Part shown: positions 21,001 through 30,200 of the stretch, in pieces
Layout: each line of letters starts with the position of its first letter
How positions within the stretch are numbered: the first letter of the stretch is position 1
Notes under the pieces: model-generated
The model's database searches: none
The model's input: the letters and a program-made list of their open reading frames with translations, nothing else
Told to the model about the DNA's origin: nothing
Source: Candidatus Flemingiibacterium sp.
GTDB lineage: Bacteria > Bacillota > Clostridia > Oscillospirales > CAG-272
Direction: 5' to 3'
Length of the DNA: 49,134 nt
Assembly (NCBI GenBank): GCA_045635785.1
Contig: JAZTWJ010000100.1
Span: 1-49,134 of the forward strand
Made by a program: the position numbers and the translations under genes

Positions 21001-21402
21001 GCCTCGTTCTACGATACAACCGCAGGCAAGGAAAGCGAGTTCTCCGATATCGAAAACCATTGGGCAGAGACGTTTATCGAGGAAGCGTATAATCTTGGCT
21101 TTGTTGATGGTTACGGTGATGGTACATTCCTCCCAGATCAGCCGATTACCAGAGCGGAGACGATGAAGATAGTCAACCGCACGCTCGACCGTGTGCCGCA
21201 TAAGGATTATTTGCTTGATTCGATGATCAAATGGCCCGACAACATGGATACGGAGAAATGGTATTACGCCGAGATTCAGGAGGCTACCAATTCTCACGAT
21301 TATACACATGATGATGCACATGAGGTTTGGACAGCTATTCTTCCCGTGCGCGATTGGCCGGCGCTTGAAAGTACATGGAAAGAAGAACATGACGGTGAAT
21401 GA
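15049..21402 (+). CDS. Large S-layer-anchored adhesin: signal peptide, VWA domain, InlB-B-like/Ig-like repeats, Cna-B-like domain, 3 SLH domains
   Basis: Signal peptide MKKRIAAMILSILMVV; MIDAS DLSGS...T...LTDG; about 9 G.[TF]..GW repeats alternating with about 6 Y.VEHY-type repeats; LTISKEV...FTNTY; three G[YF].DGT..P...ITRAE motifs. RBS AAAGGAG. Confidence 0.9.
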   Translation: MKKRIAAMILSILMVVSLIPISAVPVSADTPAALATNVMQNTNLSDGIVMSKYAQPHLVDGVPDGTVDITIEAHTTGVVKQTQTVTPTDIVLVLDLSGSMNDRQSSTTVTTYTEIYATETHYNWGIFGDYYHAGLGVNATRYVKVGSEYVTATRSNDDANGHEVWYYTSNNGRVYIYPAFENPNASLVNEREHNYAVVQFYNRTTSTVQGEQKITLMKNAVDEFINSTEAYNESVDVTDMHRIAIVKFGTAAYYNNSNLIAEGDNQNNRGYNYTQVVKGFTTVDEDGAAELIDDVDDLTPGGATAVDYGMNLARLLYANQDEEDVQGRKKVVIVLTDGSPTHNSNYEASVAGSAINHALELKEEGVTIYTISVEEDADATELGSDNTNQFMHYLSSNYPSASYANNRITVGTGSPTAGYYLTPDGTQSLDMIFDKISQEVGTPTITLGDEAILVDEISEYFTITDDINSVKVETLERISPTAWGIPVDVTDTMPPTVMDGTVTVRGFDFDSNYISNEPRIVDGKEFYGKMLVLTINVTPDYQKIDTHADEIAADGGFVPTNYGVAEVMSGTTPVAKVESPTIQANTVTYEVDGGEYATYYRFPGSNQTLIDEPTLKGHTFGGWSTTDVSIENNGFVMPADDITIVGEFTPVTRTVSYQYVGLEIPNRPALPDSHDEVYGATVKVADQPAKIDGYTFIGWYPQDEVLGTSSLTSFTMPDHDVVLLGRFTPANTTYKVEHYTENLNGTFKLEESETLSELTGDNVSAVIKNYEGFTFDEDYDDGKGNKTVASGVVAADGSLVLTLYYIRNEYEVTYEYVGTVPAAAEPSESELATYADTYKYGETVTIEDDASALGYIFTGWYSTGGTVTPTTQSFTMPNHAVTLRGYFTARTDVEYKVEHYFEDENGDYIIDTTKTETFEGTTGETITAQPLNIAGYTNNQNHADALLTGEVTVDDPNTQEDETLILKLYYERIAYKVTYGYEGYVPGTADPDAVGLADYTEYVKWGTWLTVKAPAEDSANDYEFVGWYRNNSAGKIPTTGFEMPMHNVELLGHFEHEGDHEYKIHHYFENENGEYVENTAELETLQAPEGAAVNTVPLNAEYYTFKADHADNKLTGNVIDNDEGLLELHVYYERTSYTVTYLYDGTVPSDADRLPEKQTYKWGQDVDIADAAEADGYTFIGWYRNNDGTKTVITELDMPKYNIELAGIFMANTDTPYTVKHYLETAVDGVYETTPYETESFTGTTDTEVTAAPIGIPSYTYNPIKSLATRTAKIAGDGSTVLELYYDRNEYSVTYVYTVAPEGAILPVDNDAHAHGTTVTVKNADDLSGYTFSGWSAVGVTVTGGTNLGGGAFTMPEHNVIFTGHYVANNAAYAVEHWVEDGDTYVLHGTSDIRIGEIGEKVTAVNHVIHGYSYSADVTESKIPAGSGIVFVNPARTVLEGTVSANEMLTLKFYYTADEYGVTYVIDGAVHPADAIVPGAAAYKYGTEVEVHEGYDIPGYIFSGWLTTDVTVSGDKFDMPANDVAFRGSFTADTVNYKIKYWQQVLEGTGTKEHNGKYYDEVTEDELTLSATTGHLVSAYPDYINTYEGFTATPEDNDEFYGYVTADDPATPEDETLVLNLYYDRLTYNVTYVYSGVAPEGVEIPDSYNKTGVVYGTAVKVENKLDAYDGFEFDGWHSTEVNITGGAESFTMPAKNVIIYGFHNGEYEVRYYVDDELYETYTVSVGAVHDVIEEPDGMTAFLGWENPLNVKENKFFEAIDNEFVMPWSDVEIYGEFDTVIPPVVLFGKLTISKEVVAPDDFTAPEEYTFDVYKVKGDELELKDTVVLKVGESVSLKLSPGDYRVSERKADVEGYTLTTVCSDEDAVVSVRNMEETSISFTNTYTEIMLEKDDHFAYIVGYPDGTVRPEANITRAEVVTIFFRMLTDAARNHYWAQTNKFIDVVATDWYNTAISTLANAGVLDGYDDGTFKPNDAITRAELIKIAASFYDTTAGKESEFSDIENHWAETFIEEAYNLGFVDGYGDGTFLPDQPITRAETMKIVNRTLDRVPHKDYLLDSMIKWPDNMDTEKWYYAEIQEATNSHDYTHDDAHEVWTAILPVRDWPALESTWKEEHDGE

Positions 21403-21429
21403 TCCGTCTTGAGTATCTTTTCTGAATTG

Positions 21430-21480
21430 AATACCCTGCTACGATTCGAACCCCTGTGGGTTGTAAAGTAGCAGGGTATT
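21430..21480 (+). terminator. Long hairpin after the adhesin gene (probable terminator)
   Basis: 13-bp arms AATACCCTGCTAC/GTAGCAGGGTATT; the loop contains TTCGAACCC. Confidence 0.6.
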
Positions 21481-21617
21481 ATCATTTTATCCAGTAATTA
21501 TGGGGCTTTTTTGAGGAATTTATTTTTACGCAAATCGGACAACGAAAACAAAAATGCAAAAAAACTCTGACAAAACGCAAAAATATCTGACCATTTTCGA
21601 ACCCTCGTGTCTAATGG

Positions 21618-21840
21618 TCAGGCCTCCTTCAATGAAAAATAAGCGTTTTCAATTGTATTCGGAGCCTTATTCCCAAGTGCGAAATCGGGACGACTGTTGT
21701 TGTACATATCAATGTATTTTGCAAGAGATTCTTTTAAGTCTTTTACAGATCGGTAATTAGTTCTGTATAGTTCCTCTTTCTTCAACGTGGAGAAAAATGA
21801 TTCCATCATTGCATTGTCGTGCGGTGTATGTGAACGAGAA
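21618..21840 (-). mobile_element. IS3-family transposase C-terminal remnant
   Basis: PHDNAMMESFFSTLKKEELYR..Y......YIDMYNN.RP...L...P; no N-terminus; frameshift near 21825. Confidence 0.85.
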
Positions 21841-21865
21841 TAATTGATTATGTCATAAGCGCTTA

Positions 21866-21903
21866 AAAGACACGGTTGTGGTCATCCACAGCCGTGCCTT
21901 TTT
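21866..21903 (+). terminator. Terminator-like hairpin
   Basis: CACGGTTGTGG-TCAT-CCACAGCCGTG, flanked by A- and T-runs. Confidence 0.6.
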
Positions 21904-21957
21904 ATTGCAAAACAACACATTATATGTATAAATAACAATAAATACTCCTGCACTTAA

Positions 21958-22368
<411 letters not shown>

Positions 22369-22430
22369 TGACATCACTTTAGCTAAAATTGTTTAAGCAC
22401 AATATCTCACATCTATAAACAACGTCAAAT

Positions 22431-22595
22431 GTTAACTAAAGCACACCTTTGTTTCCGCCTAAATATTGACAAAAATATGTAATTATGATACAATATATTA
22501 TGTATATCTATATGATAAAATCGTTATGGCTGTAGGGTTTCTTTTAATTATGAGTACGTTAACAAAGGTGTACCTTTGTTAACGCCTAAATATTG
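22431..22595. repeat. Two 38-bp imperfect direct repeats with palindromic cores, flanking a promoter
   Basis: GTTAACTAAAGC-AC-ACCTTTGTTTCCGCCTAAATATTG (22431-22468) and GTTAACAAAGGT-GT-ACCTTTGTTAACGCCTAAATATTG (22558-22595). Confidence 0.8.
22466..22494 (+). promoter_or_regulatory. sigmaA promoter upstream of the LRR pseudogene
   Basis: TTGACA - 17 nt - TACAAT with an extended TG. Confidence 0.75.
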
Positions 22596-22646
22596 TATAT
22601 GATTTTTCTATCAAGTTAAAGACAAAAGAAATGGAGGAGTTATAAA

Positions 22647-23255
22647 TTGTTAAAAAGAATTTTACAACTATTCATCAATTGATGTTAGTGCCGCTACTGA
22701 TGGGATATACACATTCTCAATATCAAACGGAGAGGCAACGATTACTGACGTTTACAAACATGCCTTTGGAAACATTGTAATTCCTCAAACTTCAGGTGGA
22801 AATGTTGTGACGAGTATTGGTGATTACGCATTTCGTTCTTGCGAAAGTTTGACGAACATATATATAAACGATATTACATCATGGTTCAATATCGTTTATG
22901 CAAATGGGGCATCCAATCCGCTGTATTATGCTGATAATCTTTTTTGAACAACAGTCGTGTAATCGATTTAGTGATACCAGATGATGTAATGGTTGTTCCT
23001 ATGTATGCATTTTCGGGTGCGGATCTGACACATGTAACAATCCTTGATAGTGTAACGAATATTGAGGATTATGCATTCTATAACTGTTCAAGCCTTTCAA
23101 GTGTGATTATAGGAAAAAACGTAACGAGCATTGGTAGCGCTGCGTTTAATGGGTGTGAGAAAATAACGAATATTACAATCCCAGATGGCGTAACGAAAAT
23201 TGGTAACAAAGCGTTCGCAAGTTGAACAAGCCTTACGAACATAACTATCCCCTAC
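22647..23255 (+). pseudogene. BspA-type leucine-rich-repeat surface protein, disrupted
   Basis: GGAGGA + TTG start; VTSIGDYAFRSCESLT, SNPLYYADNL, VTNIEDYAFYNCSSL, VTSIGSAAFNGC. Frameshifts near 22680 and in the T-run near 22940-22945; in-frame TGA at 23223. Confidence 0.85.
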
Positions 23256-23261
23256 GGTCGA

Positions 23262-24030
23262 ACACCGATCTATAAAGTAACAAAAAAAGATGATGACATT
23301 ATCAATATTTTGGTTCTTGGAACGGATTCACGTAATGTTGTACAGAATCGCGGCAGAAGCGATACGATGAGCGTTGTTTCGTACAACAAAAAGCAGGCGA
23401 GATCAAGATGGTATCTCTGCTTCGTGATATGCTGTTCCGAATGAGTGCTATGATTGGAATAGAATAAATACTGCGTATTTCTTTGACGGTGGTGGCTTGG
23501 CCATCAATACGGTCAATCAGCTTTTCGGTCTCGATATTCAGCAATTTGTTGTCATTGATCTGAACGGAGCGAGAGATTTTATTGATCACATTGGTGCAGT
23601 TGAGCTGTCATTGAACCAATCAGAAGCAAGGGTAATTGGAATACAGTATTCAGAAGACCCGATTCTTCTTGATGGAGCTACCGCGCTTCTTCATATGCGC
23701 AACCGAAGCGGCGGCAGCGATTTTGAGCGTACCGAACGTCAGCGAGAAATGATTATGGCTATCTTCAATAAGATTATTTTCGAAAAATCGCTGACAGAGA
23801 TTCTTGATATTACAAAATATGCGATGGGAATGGCAAGAGCCAACATCTCCGCAACGACTCTGACTTCTCTTGCCACATCTATTATTGCCAATGCCTGTAA
23901 TCTCTCTATAAGAATCGCAAAGTTTGCCCTACTCAGATGCTTATCAATTTGCATGGTACAAAAAATGGCCATCTTATCCTTTGATATCCAGAGTACCGCA
24001 GAACGAATGCTTGAATTCCTGTATGAATGA
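23262..24030 (+). pseudogene. LCP (LytR-CpsA-Psr) family protein, disrupted, lacking its N-terminus
   Basis: INILVLGTDSR...RGRSDTM, MVSLLRD, INTAY, DGATALLHMRNR..SDFERTERQR, spread over several frames. Confidence 0.85.
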
Positions 24031-24242
24031 ACCACCTTTCTTTTCAAGTGATATCATCCATGATTTATATATTACTCACATTGTGAAGTAATATAGCAAA
24101 TCGACGTCCAACACGAAGACTTGCATGGTCAGAAAAGAAAGGATTACCTACCATGAAATGCCTGATTCTGAAAAAGGACAGAGGACCTCCGAGACATCCT
24201 GCTCTCAGAAAACAAAACAAAAATTTTTTGAAAGGAGTTTCA

Positions 24243-27200
24243 ATGCACATGAAACTTAATTTTAAGCGTCTTATGGCGATGTTTCTCAGCATCATGATGG
24301 TTGTCGGTATGCTGCCGACCATGGTGTTTGCTGAAGATGGAGTTGCGACGATTAATGAGTCTGATGTTGCTGCTAGCGCAGTTGTCAAAAGCGACACATG
24401 GGGCGGTATCGACTGGACTCTGACCGAGGACGGTACGCTCACCATTGCTCCTACAAAAGGAACACCTACTACCGACAATAGCGGTAAGTGGACCTATGAA
24501 GTCGGCCAGTGGCCCGAAGCTGTTATTTACAAACAAACCGGTGAAGCTGACGATATCGGCGGTTGGCCGTACAAATTGGATGCTATTAAGATCAAGAGTC
24601 TTGTTATAGAGGAAGGTGTTACCTCTATTGGCTCTTTTGCATTCAATGGAAAATACAGTTTGGATTTAAGTAATTTTGAAGGCGAAGTGGTTATTCCTTC
24701 TACCGTTACCTACATCGGTCAGGAAGCTTTCCAAGGCGTCCCCATGTCCAAACTTACCTTTGCTAAGGGCGGCACCGAGGAACTCTGCATCGCGCAGGGT
24801 GCATTCAAGAACCTGATCATCACAGAGCTTGCTTTGCCCGATGATCGCCCCGTACATTTCCACGCTTGGCTGATGCTTAACTCCACAAAGCTGGAGAACG
24901 TAACAATCCCTGCTACCTTGACCGGTGTTACCGGTACAAACCACGTGGATTACAACCATAATCCCAATGCGCAGACAGATGGCAAATCTTGGTATAGTGA
25001 GGTTCTGAATACTACAAATTCCGGCCTTAAGACCATCGCCTTCGGCAGTGCAGATGCTGCGAATTTGTTCTTTAATAGCGACAATGGGAATGCCAAGACT
25101 GAAGTTGGTGCTGCGACTGTTGCAAATGAGGCCGGAGCTATCACTTACTGTGAGTCTTTGGCTGTTGCTGCTGAGATCGCAAAGTCCGGCGATACCATCA
25201 CCCTGCTGAAGAATACCAGCGAAGAAGTTGAGATTCCTGCTGGTGTAACTTTGGACAAGGGTGAATTCACCGCGGACGGCGTAACCGAAGAAAAGAACTA
25301 CGTTGCACAGGTTGGCGATGACAAGTTCACAGACATCCAGGAAGCAATCAAGGCTGCTGCTCAAATCGGTGGCACTGTAACTCTCCTTACTGATATCGCC
25401 GTTGACACCGAGACGTATACCATTGCTGATGGGGAATCCATTACGCTGGATATGAATAGCAAAAAGATTACCGTTACAGATAATGCAGCGGCAAACTATG
25501 AGCTGTTCTATATCTATGGCGAAATGACCGTAATCGGCAACGGTACAATCGAATTGACCTCCACACACAACCGTGCTTGGAATGCAATGTCCGCTATTTT
25601 CCACAACCGCGGCGGTGTGCTGACTATTCAGGACGGTACGTTTAAGAACCTCGGTGGCACCGACATGGCTTGGGTTGTTGACAATAGCGGCAACTACTAT
25701 GGCGATGCTATCACTAACATTAAAGGCGGTACTCTTAGCTCTACTTATACCGCCATCCGTAACCGTATGGAGCAGAACAGCCACGGCGCAAGCGGCAAGG
25801 CTATTCTGAACATCTCCGGCGGTAAGATTGAAGGTACTACCAGTGCTGTATGGGCACAGGCTGCCAGTGAATCCGTGACTGCTCCTGCTACCGGCGAAAT
25901 CAACGTAACCGGTGGTCAAGTAGGTTTGATCAATACTGCACGCAGTGCAGGTGCAGAGTGCCTGACCACCATCTCCGGCGGTACTGTAGATAGCTTCAAG
26001 GGTGAAGTTGGCGAGCTAAAAGTTACAAGCACGGGTGAGGCTCCTGCAAATATTACTCTCCTTACAGCTGATGGTGAAGAAGTTAAAAACTATGTAGTTG
26101 ACGAAAATGGCGTTTACGTTGAAGCTCCTGCAGTACCTGTACTGTCCGGCTCCGGTACTGAGGCAGATCCTTATCAGATCGGATCTGTTGAAGACCTGAT
26201 CCTGTTCCGCAATAGCGTCAATGCTGGCGAAACCAAGTATAACGCTCCCGGCGTATATGTAGCTCTTACTGCTGACATTGATCTCGGCGCTATTGATAAC
26301 TGGGCACCTATCGGTACCTTTGATTATTCCTTCGATGGAAACTTCAATGGTAACGACAAAGTTATCAAGAATCTGAAGATCTCCGACAACACTGCTACTA
26401 ATGGTGAAGCATACCTCGGCTTCTTCGGCATTACCGCAAATAACGTTGTCGAGAACTTCGTAATCGAAAACGTTACCATTTCCAGCAACGGCCAGATCGT
26501 GGCTGCTGCAATCGCATATCCTTATTACACTACCGTGCGCAACATCACGGTACGCGGCGATATCGCTATCAAGGGTGGCAATTACACCGCCGGTGTTCTT
26601 GCTTACACCAGACTTTGCACCGATGCAAGCAACCTGACCGTTTCCGGTAATGCTAGTTCTTACATCACCGGCGCAAAGACTGTTGGCGGCGTGATCGCTG
26701 ACATTCAGATGAACCATGGTCTGACCGCAAACTACTCCAACTTCAGCGTTTCCGGTGTGAATATCACCGGTGAGATGAGTGTTGGTGGTATTTCCGGCAT
26801 TATTGCTGCGCAGGCCATCAATGGCGCTACTGTTAAGAACGTTACTTTGGTTTGCGGCGATGCTCGCGTGGGTGTTGTAGCAGGCTCTTTGGGCGGCGCT
26901 TCTACCATTTCCAATGTAACCGTTGAAAACGTAACCGGCGCAGCTGCTATCGTTGGTGCTGATTTTGACACCGGCGCAGTTGTTGAGGCCAAGATCGGCG
27001 ACAAGTATTACACCACCCTTGAGGCTGCTCTGGCTGCTGAGGTTGCGGGCGATGTAATTCTGCTTACTCCCTATGTGGTTGAAGCAGGCAACCCTGTTGT
27101 TCTTGACCTCCTGGGTAAGACTATTGTTGGTACAGACAATGCTACTGGCAACTACGGTCTGATCAATATTCAGCCCGGTGCTGACCTGACAATCAATGAC

Positions 27201-30200
27201 AGCGTTGGCGGCGGTAAGATCACTCTTGAAGCTACCAACGATCGTGAATTTAACGCTTACTCCTCCGTAATCTCTAACCAGCGCGGTAAGCTGACTGTAA
27301 ACGGTGGTACCATCGAGCACCTCGGCGGCACCGATATGGCTTACGGTATTGATAACCTGACCAATGGCAAGGGCACTTATGCTGAAACCGTTATCAACGG
27401 CGGTACCATTAAGTCCACCTATCGTGCGATCCGTCAGTTCCTCAACGGTACTGAAGCTCAGAATATCCTCACCGTCAACGGCGGTACCATCGAGGGCGCT
27501 AACAAGTCCATCTGGGCTCAGAACGCGAACGTATCTAATAACCCCGGTACGCTGACTGTAACTGCAGCTGCAGCTTTGTCCGGCGATGTTCTCCTGTCCG
27601 GATCCGGCGTTGACGAATGGACGCTCAGCCTTGCGGTTGCATCCGAGGCACTCAATGATGGATTTACTGTTACCCTGAGCAATGCTGCTACGTATGTTCT
27701 TAAGGAAGTTAACGGCACATGGGGTATTGCTGAAAATCCTGCAATCGGCGCTGTCGCTAAGATCGGCGATCAGTACTATGAAAGTGTTTCTGCGGCTCTT
27801 GATGCGGCTTACAACGCAGGCATGAAGGATGTTGTTATCACCCTGACCGGTGAAACTAACTCCAACACAACAGATAGTGTTGACCTTTATAGCAAGTACG
27901 GCAATGGAACTGCATTTAACACCATCACCTTCAAGCAGGAAGATGCTTCCAAGACTTACTATCTGTATCTTCTTTACACTGGATGGACAACCGGTAAGGT
28001 CGTCTTTGAAGGTGTAAACATTGTTGTTACTGGTCAGCTTTACGCAATCGGTAAGGTTGAGCTGATCAACAATTCCACAATCACTTGTTCCAGCGATACT
28101 GCCAACTTTGTATTCTATGGCGATATGGTCATCGAGCCCGGCTCCAAGTTTGTAAGCTTGGCTGACCGTATCAGCTCCGGCAGCTCCCTGACCGTTGACG
28201 GCGGCAGAACGGATGGTGCTTACAACACCACAGCAGACTACAAGACTGTTTGGCTGTATGTTGAAGCGGGCAACACCATGACCATCAAGAACGGTGCTTA
28301 TGTTGTCGCAAGCAACTACGAATTTGCCAAGCTGGATGTCAGCGGTACTGTTGACGTACAGGACTCCAGACTTGATGTATTCACTGAAATCATAATCGGT
28401 GCGAACGGTGTGTTCAAGGTAGACGGCGGCAGTGATATTAATACCAAAAGCATTACCGGTTCCGGTAAGATCGTTATCGATGTAGCCGGTATGACCGAAG
28501 GTACTGTTAAGGCATTCGAGAATGTCAACTTGTCCGGCTTCACCGGTACGGTTGAAGTGGCAAACGGCAATGGCTTGAAAGCCAAGATCGTTGGCGGCAA
28601 GCTGACTCTGGTTAAGGCTGATGATCCTGTTGTAGCACAGATCGGCACCGTAAACTACGCATCCATTCAGGCAGCTGTAAACGCAGCTGCAGATGGTGAT
28701 GTCATCACCGTAATCGCTGACATCGATCTTGCCAAGACCGAGCTTCAGCTTCTCGACGGCAGCTACGACACGTACTTCCTCGTGGAAGGCAAGACTGTCA
28801 CCATCGACCTCAACGGCAAGACCATCTCCGGCGCATATACCGGTTCTTCCATGCTGGTCGGCGTATTCTCCACTAATAATGGCGGTCACCTGACTCTCAC
28901 CGGCAACGGTACTGTAGACGTAACCGCAACAAATAAGGTTTACAGTCTGATCAGCAACTACACCGACGGCTGCTCGATCACCATCGAGAACGGTACCTAC
29001 AAACTGGATACGGCTGCGAATTGCCTGATCCATACCTCTCCTTCTGCCAATGAAGGCGTAGGCAATGTAGGTGTTGTCATCAAGGGCGGTAACTTCTACC
29101 TGGGCAACGTTGGCACAGGTACAAACGGACAGCCCTGGATCGTCAATGCCAACGAGTCGAACGCGAGACACGCCTGGGTCACCGGCGGTACCTACAACGC
29201 GAACGTCTTTAATCAGCATTGGATTCATGAAGTTCAGTGCGGCGGCAAATACGCTGCAAGAGACAACGGCGACGGTACCTGGACCGTAGTTCCCGCTGCT
29301 GCATACGTTGTTAAAACTGTTAGTACTTACAGTTACTTAGTCGGCTACGAAACCATCAATGAAGCAATCGCGGCTGCAAAAGCTGGCGAAAAAGTATTCA
29401 TTTTCGGATTTGATTCCAATGGTTATCAGACCAGCTACAATAAGGATCTGATTATCGACAAGGCAATCACTGTTGAAGGCGAGACTCTTGATGATGGCTA
29501 CCAGCTCGTTACTGTTAACGGCCAGTTGAGAATCACTGCGGACGGTGCGACCGTAAAGGGTCTGTATGTCTACGATGACGATACCGCAGCTTATATCAAT
29601 GCGAAAGACGTGCTGATTGAAGGCTGTGAACTGGTTGGCGCAAGTTGGGCAGGTCTCTATCAGAGCTACACTACCGGCACTGTAACCTTCAAGGACAGCA
29701 AAATCGTAGGTGCTACTTACGGTATCCACTTTGATGGTTATGACGGCGGCAATATCGTAATCGACAACTGTGTAATTCAGGGCTGGACCAGCTTTGCTTC
29801 CACAATCGACAAGGTTACGATTTCCGATTCTGAATTCTCTGACGAAGCTTACTACAAACTGCTCCGCTTCTATCAGGATGCAGAAGTGACCAACACCACC
29901 TTCCCCGCAGGTATGCGTATCGACTCCGGCGATGGTGGAACAGGTATGGACGGTATTGACCTGACGTTCGACGGCTGTAAGATGGCTGACGGCTCCGACT
30001 TCGCGGATGTATTCCCGGATGATGTACTCGCAAAGTCTGCTGTTTATGTGGACGGCAAACAGTTGAAGCCTGCTGTAGCAAAGATCGGAGACGTTGAGTA
30101 CACTGACCTTTCCGCTGCAGTCAAAGCTGCAACGACTGGGCAAACCGTTACCCTGCTCCGTGATATCAATCTCGGCACGGAATCAATTACCATCGGCGGC

